In this document: in pieces, positions 52,650 through 64,000 of the stretch
Numbering within the stretch: position 1 is the first letter of the stretch
Layout of the letters: each line of letters begins with the position of its first letter
Assembly (NCBI RefSeq): GCF_009914755.1
Contig: NC_060936.1
From: the human T2T-CHM13v2.0 reference genome, Homo sapiens
Length of the DNA: 64,000 nucleotides
Direction: 5' to 3' (one strand)
Made by a program: the position numbers and the translations under genes
The notes under the pieces: generated by a model
Databases searched by the model: none
What the model was told of the DNA's origin: nothing
What the model saw: only the letters and a program-made list of their open reading frames with translations

Positions 52650-52850
52650 CACTATCTCTGGGTCAGTAAGGTCTGGGTTCATATACCAGCTCTACTCCTC
52701 AGTCATGTGCAATATTGGTAAGCTATTTCATTTCTTTAAGTTTTAGTTTTCTTATCAAATACAAAGATGATAATAGTACCTATAGTTGATAGGGTTATCA
52801 TGTAGATTAAATATGTGTGGCACATAATAAAACAATACATATTAGCAATG
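52650..52850 (+). mobile_element. MIR
   Basis: ctgggttcatataccagctctact...gataatagtacctatagttgatagggttatcatgtagattaaat. Confidence 0.7.
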
Positions 52851-53754
52851 CTGACAAATTTGAGGAAGATCTTTATCTCATTGAATAACTAGGTTTCTTC
52901 AAAGTATTCTATTTTTAGCTTCAGTACTATTGGGCTTGTTCGCCCTTTCCCACCTTCTTTGACCAAAAAGAGGCCATATCTCATGACTTTTCTGGCATCT
53001 TTTAGGTATAAATACATTTATTTATCTGGTTACTTTTAGTGCCCCCAGAGCAGTCTCAATCCAGTCCAGGGCAATAATCCAGCCTCCCAATGCACTGGCT
53101 CCTGCAGAAAAGAAAGAACAAGGAGGGTAAGGAACAGGAGAAGTCATAATTGAGTGTGGCAGTCACAGACAGCCCCTCAGGGACACTCCAGGCAGTTGTG
53201 GGTGTTTTTGTGGGTTCTTTGGAGACCTTCTGTAGTGTTGCTGGGAATCTCTCTCCTGAGTTCCGTGATGTGGGTGAATAAACCTCTTTGGCTGGTCACT
53301 TATGTTTCTACCCTCATTTCCCAGACACTGCTGGTGTCTCTACCCTGTCTCAAGGACCCTCGGGCAGCATTTAAGGCAACAACTGCTGGCCCTGTCAAGT
53401 GTGGCCCACGTCTGACCCAGGGGAAATAGTCCCATGCCCTTTGCCCCACACATTGTGTAATTGCTTTCTTCCCCCAGTGCAGGGACCACTCTTGGCAATG
53501 TTGTCAGAGCAGGTTGCCAGACAGTCTCTTCCGCTTTAGATTTCTCAGGTGTAGGCTCACTTTCATTCTAGGGGACACATATGAGTCTCTCTGATATCCC
53601 TTTCCTTGGGCATGAGGTGCAGAAAATTACTCCCTGCCCCCAAGGAATACCACGAACTGTTATAACTTCACACCTCTCCTCCCAGTCTTTCCAACCTTAG
53701 AGGTGGTGTCCAGGTCAGGGTGCAAAAGTTCTTGATCACCTCCTTTAAGGTCTT

Positions 53755-54514
53755 TTTTGGTGGTCCCTGACACCAACTGGGTGTCCTACAATTCAGTTCA
53801 CTTCTGACACTACTGTGAGTTTGTGCAGACACCACAGGTTAAGAAGCTCAGTCTCATACACTTGCCTTCCCTTCAGATGCGAGCTGGACATCCTAGGTCC
53901 CCATGCTACCTGCTCTTCTGCTCAATTTGACTATAAATATGGAAGTTCCCATCAGGTTCAAAAATTTGTTAGAATTGATTCAAGACTTAGGAAAGCGCTG
54001 TAGTTACTATAGTTACAATGATATTTTATTATAAAGGTTACAAATGACCAGCCAGATGAAGAGATACTCAGCGCAGCAAGGTCTGGAGGGGTCCTGGGTA
54101 CAGAGCTTCTGTGCCCTCTCCAACTGGTCTTTCTAGCATATCAATATGTTCACCAACCAGTAAGCTCTCCAAGCCTTATTGCTGAGAGTTTTTATCTAGG
54201 TTTCATTTTATGGATATAATTGGTTAAATCATTGGCCATGTGATTGATCTCAATCTCTAGTCCCCTTCCTCTGCCCAGAAATTGGGAAGGTGAAAGTTCC
54301 AACCCCCTAATTACATAATTTGTTTTTCTGGCAGCCAGCCTCCCCACCCCACATCCATGAACCACTTTGCTGGCATAAATTCAGGTATGGTCCAAAGGGG
54401 TTTGTATGAATAATAAAAGACACTCTTATCATTAAGGAAATTCCAAGGGTTTATGAAACACTGTGCCAAGAACTCGGGACAAAGGCCAAATGTACTTTTA
54501 AAAATTATACCACA
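53755..54514 (-). mobile_element. MER21-type LTR, antisense
   Basis: gacaccaactgggtgtcctacaattcagttcacttctgacact...aggaaattccaagggttt...attataccaca. Confidence 0.82.
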
Positions 54515-55449
54515 AACATGGAATTTGGGAGTGGTTGGTACCTATCCAAGGGCCTTAGTCAAAAGTGAGAGGAAGAATATTATTTTAACATCTTATTATA
54601 GAATGAAAATGCAACAGAACTATTGCAACATGAATGTTAGTTCAGATGGGGCAAATACAACTTTTAAATTTGGGTGTGATTAGTTTTAAATGTTCTTGGA
54701 AGTTTTTTGCACCAGGTTAGGTAATTGTAAGTGAAAAGAAGTGACGCAGATCAAAGAAATTGTTGAAAAATTGCATCCCTGATAACTAGTGACATATTTT
54801 TAATGTGAGTTATATACACCCTGGAGGTACTGCCGTTAGTGAACCAATTTAGTTGGAGATCCCCTGGGTATCAAAGTCATAAGAGCAATGGCGTATATTG
54901 AGAAGGATATTTTCCTATTTTGGAAGGTTTGTACTTACAATCTATGTGCTTATAAATCTTTATCGAGGATTGGAAAGGAATAACTTATCTAGTAATTTCT
55001 AAATTTTCAGAAATGTTTGAGGGAACTAAAATGCTTTGAATTTGAAGAACACCTTGGGGTCGTATTGAGACTTCTTGAAAGGCTGCTCTTTTTTATAATC
55101 CTGAAATAGATTATATTGCAAATCCCCCTGAATATATGAACAATCGGTTTTGAAATTCAACTGAACTGTGTCACAGTGTTAGTTATGATCATTGTGAAAG
55201 CTGCACGGAGAGGTTATCTTAAAACCCACATGGCACATTTCAAAACAGATGTCTCATAAATAAAATTTGAAAACTTTGGATTTTTTGCAAACTGTGTTTT
55301 AAATATCAGAAGTACATTGTTCTCATTTGGAGCACAACTTTCCTTTAGGTTTTTGCCTTATTTGTTAGGTTGTATGTGACAATGATACTTTCCTTATGGA
55401 TACCAATAGGATTATTTTTTTTTCAATTTTTTTTTTCTTCCTCATCTTC

Positions 55450-55634
55450 ATTTTCTTTTTTTTTTAAATTATACTTTAAGTTCTAGGGTACATGTGCACA
55501 ACATGCAGGTTTGTTACATATGTATACATGTTCCATGTTGGTATGTTGCACCCATTAACTCATCATTTACATTAGGTATGTCTCCTAATGCTATCCCTCC
55601 CCACCTTCCCCACCCCACGACAGGCCCCGGTGTA
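55450..55634 (-). mobile_element. L1PA5/6-like short 3' end, antisense
   Basis: attatactttaagttctagggtacatgtgcacaac...caggccccggtgt. Confidence 0.9.
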
Positions 55635-56224
55635 TAGACTGGTCTTATTCTAAAAGAATGTCCATGTCCCCAAATACTGGAATAGTATCAGACTAGCCAC
55701 GGCCATAAACTCACCTCAGTGTTAATCCTACTCAGAATTTTTTAGATTTATTACATGTTTATTACTTTCTTCCTTTATAATAGGTAGGCAATGGATGATC
55801 ACAATTAAACTGTTAACCTAGAAAACATTTTAGATAAGAAAAGTATAAAAGTTCTGTGATGCAAACTCTATTTTATTTAAAAAAACTCTGTAAAACCTGT
55901 ATAATTAGCAGGAAGCTCCTTTTTCTGTTAAAGCTAAGAAGAGATAGGAGAATGCAGATTAGATAAAATTGTATCAAATAAAAATTTTGTACATCTGTAC
56001 TGATTATTTATGTTTAGGACATTTTTCATGAAAATAAAAACATGCTATGGCAAGAAAAAAACATGTAGCTGTTGGAAACAGTTACCCAGGAAATGTTCTT
56101 TTAAAATATATATCTCTTACAATACACTTAAAATCACTTTGATTGTAATGAAAATAATACAAATTCACTGTAGCATATTAAACATATGGATAGGCAAAAA
56201 TCAACCTTAGGAAAAATAATCAGT

Positions 56225-56465
56225 GAATAAAAGCATGGACTGTGGAGCCAGAATACTTGAGTTCAAGTCCTGATATGTCCATTTACTAGCTGTGTGGCAT
56301 CAGGTAGGTGTGCCGCTCTTTTTGTGTCTCCATTTTCCTCATTTGTAAAGTGGTAATAATATCATTTTCTTATAGGGTTAAAATCAAGATTAAATTAGTT
56401 AATATTTGTAAAGTGCTTAGAACAGTATCTTAAACATATTGAATACTATACAGATGTATTGTGAA
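56225..56465 (+). mobile_element. MIR (near full length)
   Basis: agcatggactgtggagccagaatacttgagttcaagtcctg...tgtaaagtgcttagaacagt. Confidence 0.8.
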
Positions 56466-56804
56466 TAAGATATACACAGTCTCTTTAAGTAAAAATTTTA
56501 CCCTATACGTCTTGCACCTACTTTTTTAACTTTGTATATTATAATTATTTTCCACATCTTTAACATTTTATTATTAAAAGCTTAAAGCATTTTATTGTAT
56601 ATTTCTACCAACAATTATATAAACTGTTACACTTTCAGCTTGTTTTCAGCTTTTTATTCTTTTAAACACTCAGCATAATTGTTATATCTAAGTTTGTAGC
56701 AGTTATAATTTTAGAATAAATTACAAGAAGTGGAATTACAAGTATATAGATGCATACGTATTTTTTAATTAAAATTTTACATCTATATTTAACAGTTTTC
56801 TCTT

Positions 56805-56955
56805 CTTTTCCTTTTTTTCTTTTTAATTTAGAGATACGTTCTTGCTCTGTCACCCAGCCTGGAGTTCAGTGGCATAATCATAGCTTACTGCAGCCTTGAA
56901 CTCCTGGGTTCTTCCTGAGTAGCTTAGACCATAGGCACACACCACTGCACTCCAT
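56805..56955 (-). mobile_element. Alu monomer (FLAM/AluJ fragment), antisense
   Basis: tcttgctctgtcacccagcctggagttcagtggcataatcatagcttactgcagccttgaactcctggg. Confidence 0.8.
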
Positions 56956-57419
56956 TGTATACACATTTGAAAGCATTTTTTAAATATATTAACAAATTGC
57001 TTTTTGTAATGTGCCACTGATGTTCTTCCCAGCATCAGAGGATGAGGGACATTGACACACTTTTCCAAACCTCTTTTCTCAAACTACTTGTTTATATTAT
57101 GTTGGGAAAGGTGCTCCCAATAAAAACTTTCTCATTTGTCAAATTAACATTTTAACTTTTATTTTAATCTCTTTTCTAGAGAGTGTTTTAAAGTTTTAAT
57201 TATATGTACTTGAACAGAGTTTTGAAAGGAGTTTTGTAAAATTAATAGTAATTATGGGTGTTAGAATATAGCTTTGAAAAAAATGTGTCAACTTTGGAAG
57301 GTAGCAAGAACTTGACTCTCTCTTTTGTATTTTAACATAAATTATACATTTGTGGGAAAGTGGGTGACTTGGGAGGAAAAACCAGTAATAGGCTGCCCAT
57401 TACACCTGATAACAATTAC

Positions 57420-57610
57420 TACTATGAACCTTCTGTGCTAGGCACTGTGATAGTGTGTGTATCTCTCTCTCTCTCTGTCTCTCTGTCTTTCTCTGTGTAT
57501 AACATATATTTTATGTATTTTCAAATCTTCGTATTGATATATTAACCTTATGGGACAGGCTATATTATTACCCAGTTTTACAGATGAAGAAACTGAGGCA
57601 CAGAGAGGCC
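57420..57610 (-). mobile_element. MIR with (CT)n insertion, antisense
   Basis: tgtgctaggcactgtg...ttttacagatgaagaaactgaggcacagagagg. Confidence 0.75.
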
Positions 57611-57939
57611 TTTTATTCAGAACAGATGTGAGCAGGCACCCACCTATATGTAGGGAAAAGAAATGATTACCTGAGCTCTGATCACAGCAAGTCTCATGCC
57701 TTTGAGTTGTCACTGACTCTCTCAGAGAAAGCCAGAGATCTCCACCTTATTTGTGCTTAATGACCTTCGGAAAGAAACTGCCTTAAATGATGGCTGTCTT
57801 CCATTTGTGTAACTTTAAAAGTTATATTTTACTTTGAGGTGTTGAATCTGAGAGGTGGCTATGTTTTGTGAACTTCAGCTCCCTTTAGAAAAGGAAGCAG
57901 TGTATCTAAATTGCCCAGTTGCTAAGCGGGTCTTATGAA

Positions 57940-58115
57940 TAAGTCATTTATTCAGGAAAAATGTCTTGATCACCTACTATGTGTCAGTCATGGTCCCGTG
58001 AATTTCTGGGGTTACATGATTAAGATAGCAGCCCTGCCCTTAAGGAACTTGTAGTGGGAGACAAATAATATACAAACACGTAAAATAATGACAGACTGGG
58101 TATAAATGCTATGAG
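57940..58115 (-). mobile_element. L2 3' end, antisense
   Basis: tcatttattcagg...cacctactatgtgtcag...cctgcccttaaggaacttgtagtggg. Confidence 0.7.
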
Positions 58116-59604
58116 GAGATAGCAGCATGATATGATAGAGTAACTGTTCTGTGAATACCCAAAAACCGCAAGCACATACCATTTCTGTCTCTGAAAGGGA
58201 GTGAAAGGTTTGTCTCTCTGAGTTAGCATATAGTGGCAGAGCATTTTACAGAGGTCCTGAGAGAAAATTTGCCATAGAAAGTCTGTGCTATGATTTTTTT
58301 GAAAAAAAAATATAGGAAATATGTGGCCAGCTAATTGATAAGAAAACAATATTTCTCAAAAAAAAAAAAGAATATGTCATTTGTTATTTAAATTGTTGAG
58401 GGACAACCCAAAGAACACCATTCAAAGTTTCTGTCTAGATTCTGGCTCTGTTCTGCCACATTGATAAGTTGTGTGGCTCTGGGGGAACCATATACTTCTG
58501 TTGCTTGATTTATTTATCTAGAAATAGAAAAAATATGTATGTCAGGATATAACTTAATAACAAACCCTGTGTAAAGCTGATTTCTTCTGTATGAAATGGT
58601 GTTTATGTGTAAAGCACTGGTGATTATATCCAGTTACCTAATACCCGTACAGGCTTCAATTCACAAAGTCAGGATTTCACCAGTTTTCCCAATTTTATTT
58701 AACCAAGAGTATTCTCTGTAAAAGTGAATTATTGCTGAAGCATTTTTAAATTCCAGCTATGTTAATAAGAAGCCATTTGAGAGCAGCTGTGCTTCATTGT
58801 TTATTTTTATTCAATATTTAATTTGGAAAAAATAATAGAGAGATGTAGAAAATAGATTTTTTTTTTTCTGGGACAATCATCATACATGTTATTGACATCA
58901 GAGAGTGGGCAATTTAACCTTCTCAAAAATAATATATTCGCTAAGAATCTCAGCAGCCTCAGGTCAAAAATGAAAGCTTACGTATATCACAAGGGATAGT
59001 CAAATCAGTATGAAAAAGTCTGAAACCTGTATTTTCTGGCTGAACATGATCTTCTGTAATCACAATAGAAAGCTATTTCACCAGGTGTTACCCAGGAAGG
59101 GATTGGTAGGTGATATTACCTGGATCAATTTTTCTATGCTGTGAATACCAATGTAATCATTTTCTCAGGTTTTTGTATTTTTCTTCAATATCCATTTAAA
59201 AATGAACCAAATACTGCTTCTTGTTCTACTGTAGTTCTTCCATGGCACTGTTTCAAGCAGTTAACAAATTTCATATGCTGAAGGAGTAAAAGTTACCTTG
59301 GTGACTTAAGAAAATATCCATACAGACATACTCATTCTTAAAAGGGTTTCTTCTGTGCGAAGGAAGTGGTTTCTACAACATAACATGTAATTACTACAGT
59401 AAATTGTATTGTGAATATGAAGAAGATGAAATCTGAGCCCTATAGACTCATGGATTTTGCTATTACGTTTTGTCTTCAGTTTCTTTTTTTGTTCACTCTG
59501 TTGTCAAAGTACTTTGTACATTCTTCTCTGTGAACTTTGCAGATCAGAGAAATCAACTGAAAGAAGGAAATGATATGTTTTAGTTTATTCAAAGGTATCT
59601 ATAG

Positions 59605-59949
59605 CAGTGGTCCGCAACCTTTTTGGTGCCAGGGACCGGTTTTATGGAAGACAATTTTTCCATGGATCGGGGGATGGGTGGAGGTGGGCATATGGTTTAG
59701 GGAAGAAATTTTCACCTTAGATCATCATGCATTAGTTAGATTCTCATAGGAGCATGCAACCTAGATTGCTCACATGCACAGTTCACAATGGGGTTCATGC
59801 TCCTATGAGAATGTAATGCCACTGCTGATCTGACAGGAAGTGGAGCTCAGGTGGTAATGCTCGTTGGCATGCAGCTCACCTCCTGCTTTGTGGCCTGGTT
59901 CCTAACAGGCAGCAGTATCGGTCTGCAGCTCAGGGATTGGGGACCCCTG
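59605..59949 (+). mobile_element. MER1B (hAT-Charlie) element
   Basis: cagtggtccgcaacctttttggtgccagggaccgg...ttggggacccctg. Diverged 8-bp TSD atctatag / atgtatgg. Confidence 0.9.
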
Positions 59950-61049
59950 ATGTATGGTTTAGAAATAAATTAGGATAATGTATAGATTTATAAAAAGTGG
60001 CTTAGAGGTACCCGCTTTCTTGTCACTTTATTAAAATCCCTTTAAGATTAAAAAGAAAATGTGTAAATAAATGTGAAAAATTATATATCACTTTTTTCCC
60101 CAGAATCTCCATTGTTACAAGGAGAGAAGCTTAGTTTTTGAGAGAATTCTGCCAACATTTGCTGTAGCAGATGTATTTTAGTTGTTTAAGAATGTGTGAT
60201 AATCTCACTCTTTCATTTTGGGGTGGTCTTTACTTTAAAAATAAGTGTAAATGGATTATGGCATCCATTTTGTAAGTCATTTACAAAAGTTTGCACCATT
60301 CTACCTCTTGTGACATTGAAGAAATAAGGCATAATTTTCATTTTGTCAGCAAATCTCTCTGACAGGCAAGGGCTTACATAGTGTATACAGCAACATTCTC
60401 TAATGGATTGCAGGTCCCATATGAGAATGTGCAATGTGCTCATTAAAATTACAGCAGCAGAAAAAGCAGAATAAATTGCCACCAAGTATTTAACTATGAC
60501 ATTTGTATGTATTTCTTTTTGACATGCCTATGGGCATGTCACTGTAAATTGTCCATGAGGATTGTTGTGACAGCTTTATGGACTAAAGTTAGGGACCCAG
60601 CCTCTCACTTGGCTAAAGGATGACAGCCTAAATAAGAAGAGTATAGTGAAATAGCTTATGAATAGCTGTATGATTCTGCTATAACGAAGTTTAGGTACAA
60701 ACTATCCCAAGTACCTTGGGAATTTGGAACAAAAAATGAGAAAGCAAGTATCATCGAATGATTTCCAAATATGAGAAATATGAAGGCTCTATCCCTGGAA
60801 GAATTTAACATGCAACAGTAGTATCTACCTCTCAGGACTATTGGGAAGATTAGTGAAAGCTGCTAGCCCAGTGACTAGGATACGTGGGAAGCTTCATAGA
60901 TGTTTGATTTTTTCTTCTTGTCTTCTGGCATTGTCTTTCTTTTCTTTTACCAAACCATCTAAGGAAATAAATGGGAAAAGAGCAGGTGTTATAGCAACAA
61001 TAATCATTGCAAATTTTCTGGGGAAAGTTTGGGGCAACTGTAGAAGGAT

Positions 61050-61640
61050 TCAGGAACAGGTGGAATTTGTCTAGTCTTTGAAGGAACTTAGAATTTAAGT
61101 TACAGTTGCGGGAAACTGGGAGAGTATTCTTGGCAAGAGGGCCCTCAAGAACAGAGGCTCAGCAGCAGAGTTTAACCTAGTGTTTCTGGGGAACAGTGCA
61201 GGAAACAGCTAAGGTTGGAGGCTGATTGTGGAGGGCTTCAACATGAGAGCTCAGGAGCCTGTGGTCTTCATCTTCTAAGCTTTGGGCGAAGTTGTTGAGT
61301 AATTTTACTTGCTAGAACAATGACAACATTTATAGAGAAAAGTATGTCTGGAGAGGAGCAGGTTTCAGACACAAGATTTATTTTTAGACATATAGAAATT
61401 TTAAGAGATGAGAAAGTCACAAAAGCATGGGAGGAAGGTTAGAGCTGTATATGTTGAAGCCACAAAATTGGTGAGTTTTCTGAGAGAGAGACAACGAGGA
61501 GGAGGAACAGGAGGAAGTATGAACTCTTAACTAACTTTGACATATGCTTTTATTTTGTAAATGGGAGAGACAAAACAAGCAAGAAATAGAGTTAAAGGAA
61601 TGGTCACTGAGAGAAAAGGAGACGTTAACAGTGAAGATAG
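61050..61640 (-). mobile_element. Highly decayed L2-like fragments
   Basis: Purine-rich antisense L2-like motifs (ggctgattgtggagggcttc, gttgaagccacaaaattggtgagttttctgagag). Confidence 0.4.
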
Positions 61641-64000
61641 TCATGTTTGGTGGGGGAGAGTTACTTTTCTTTATTGCCTCTCAGATTTAGGCACTGTTTG
61701 GTGGCTTTATGTGTTTTAACTCATTTTATTTTTATAACAACCCAATTAAGTAGACAGTATTTTCACCAAATTATGGAACAGAAAAGTGGGCTTTTGTCAT
61801 TAAATAGGGCCATGCAAATTTTAAGTGGCAATTGAGTTGAAAATATTTATTGCAGGGGATTAGGGAGTTGGTGATTAGAAAACAGCAGAGGACATATATT
61901 TTCTGGAGAAATTTTGTGGTGTGAAAAAATGTTACAGTGGTAGATCTCTGGTATCTGGGGTCAGAGGAGATTTTCAGACTGTGATATGAAGAAGATTTTA
62001 TCTTCTTTGCAACTCACGAGAATTTCTTTGTAGGATGGGAAGAACATTTCTGAGAAGACAGTAAGAGGGAGCTGTTGGAGCTTAGCTGAGCTATGTTTTA
62101 TATGGAAGCCAAAAATTTTGCTCTCCAAGAAAAATAAGTGAGAAAGAGAAAAGACTGGTCTCAGCACTCTGCAGTGGGAGGATTGTGAGGTGAGATATGG
62201 TGACTAGGGATCAAGGAGAGAGACTGGAAAGGAGATGTGTTTAATGGGGATTTTTCTGAGTGAAACTCTATGCTTCATGGTACGTGACACCTCCTGTTAT
62301 CCCCACACATTTCCGTAACACTACAAAATCCAGGATGTACTTGGTATGATTACATTTTTTTTCATGATTGCCTGTAAGGGAGATGAGATTTATATCAATG
62401 TTAGTGAAGTACTAAAACAGTCATTCCATATGGAGGAGGACCCATATTCATGGGGATTTAATTTGTCATTGTTGTTTTATATTGGTTTAAGATTAGGATA
62501 GTTGAGGTAATAAATTTATGGGGTGGGAGAAGAAAACAATAGGGAGTGAGAGACTAAAGGTTCAAAAGTGAGATTAGATGGACTCAAAAATAGGTTTATA
62601 GGCCATGAATAAGAGGTGGTTATCTTTTCCTCAGAGGCAGAGGAAAAAAGAGAAGGTTGGGGAAAATGGAAGGGCATTTTTAAAGTGAATTGGTGGTTAA
62701 GCCTATGATAATTTTGGGAGAGACACTCAAGATGAGGAATTATGCCTAGATCAACTTCATTATATCAATCTCTCTATCAAGCACGGAGCAGTATCATTTT
62801 GAGGGATGAGGAAGCAGCATTAAACCTAAGATTTAAAGAAGGCAAATGTTTTGGACCATCTGACTGAACAATGAATAAAATGATTGCCTAGACCAAGAAA
62901 GGGTTTGAATGCTATCAGATTCATTTTATAAATTTTTCCAGGAATATTGCCACTTGCATTAGAAGTAAATAAAGTTGAAGGATATATTTAGGTAGGAAGA
63001 ACTAGCTATGCTTCAAATTATATCAGAAGGGTTGTTCCCCACTTTCTTTGTAAGAGGCGGTTAGGTATGCACCAGTTTTCTTAAAAGAGACAGTCCGCCT
63101 AACTAAATTTATATGTCTCAGGGTATCTAATTAAAGTATCTATATAGATGTGCATACCGTCTATGAAATAGCTCAGTATTTTGCCTCCAAGACTGTAACC
63201 TTGGTGGAATAGTCCAAATATGATTAATTTTCCCATTAACTGGTTTAGAATGTTGCTGATGATGGGCTAAATCAGATATGTTTCATGGCATTTCTCTACC
63301 CTTTGTTCCTTGTGAGAAGGACTTTTTTGATTAAAGTTCCCACTGAGGAGATACACCTGGGAGCCATGGTCTTAACCAAATGATCCTAATTTTCCCTAGA
63401 CCACAGTGGATTGGAATACGGGAGTCTCCTGACAAAAGAGCTAAGCAGTAGTTAGTGACTTATGAACCATTGCCTGGCAAGAAAAGGTGACGTAGGCCAA
63501 TACAATTCTCCCTTTAGGGAATCTAATTTGATAAGTGCTAAGACAAGAAACTGCAAGTGATCACTGAAATGGAAAGGATGTCCTGAAGTCTAATTGTGGC
63601 CATAATGGTGGGTTAGTTATGAGTCCAGGTCCAGTTTCTAAAATGACTTTAAGATGTAAACCTAAAAATGTAATGTTAAAAGTTTGTTTTTGAAGAGCAT
63701 TAACTCTCGGCCTCATGGGTGAAATGATGTCATGCACCTGCTGTACGGAGACACACAATGTCTTCTCAGTTGAACAGTCTGAACATTTAGAAACAACACC
63801 CTCCCTCCTCCTGCAGAATGTGACTGCTCAGAGACGTAGAGACACCAAGACTGAAAATCCTATCTCCCAAGAATCTTTTATCATCTTCTTTCCTAAAACA
63901 TGAAGACTGTATATGCGTATTTCTTCAATGTAGAATTATTTCTGTTTTGAAGCTAGAAGATGTTTTCAAAGAGTATAAAGGAATGCAGTGGAGCCATTAA

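Overview
Primate (almost certainly human) repeat-rich, AT-rich non-coding DNA. I found no intact protein-coding exon. The main gene-like element is a decayed, intronless SCAN-KRAB-C2H2 retrocopy on the minus strand that matches ZNF75D as I recall it. It may be the locus annotated ZNF75BP; that assignment is from memory and needs BLAT. The retrocopy sits in an old tandem duplication (about 6.4-12.4 kb) bounded by three THE1B-type LTRs. The middle LTR has the left flank of the right-hand LTR and the right flank of the left-hand LTR, the signature of unequal crossing-over between two LTRs. The two duplicated units then suffered reciprocal deletions, and one lost almost exactly the whole ZNF75 CDS. 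Two TSD-bounded proviruses are also present: a MER41A/MER41-int element carrying a nested piggyBac MER85 with an intact CSB-PGBD3 palindrome, and an internally deleted HERV-L/MLT2A1 with an Alu in integrase. The rest of the window holds a twin-primed inverted L1PA that creates a 249-aa chimeric ORF, MER52A, MLT2, MER21, MER44, MER1B, MER63, MER5, eight Alu/FLAM elements, many L1/L2/MIR fragments and two candidate CTCF motifs. Repeat subfamily names come from recalled consensus sequences and were not checked with RepeatMasker. I found no convincing new multi-gene system; the most novel-looking signal is the LTR-mediated duplication history.
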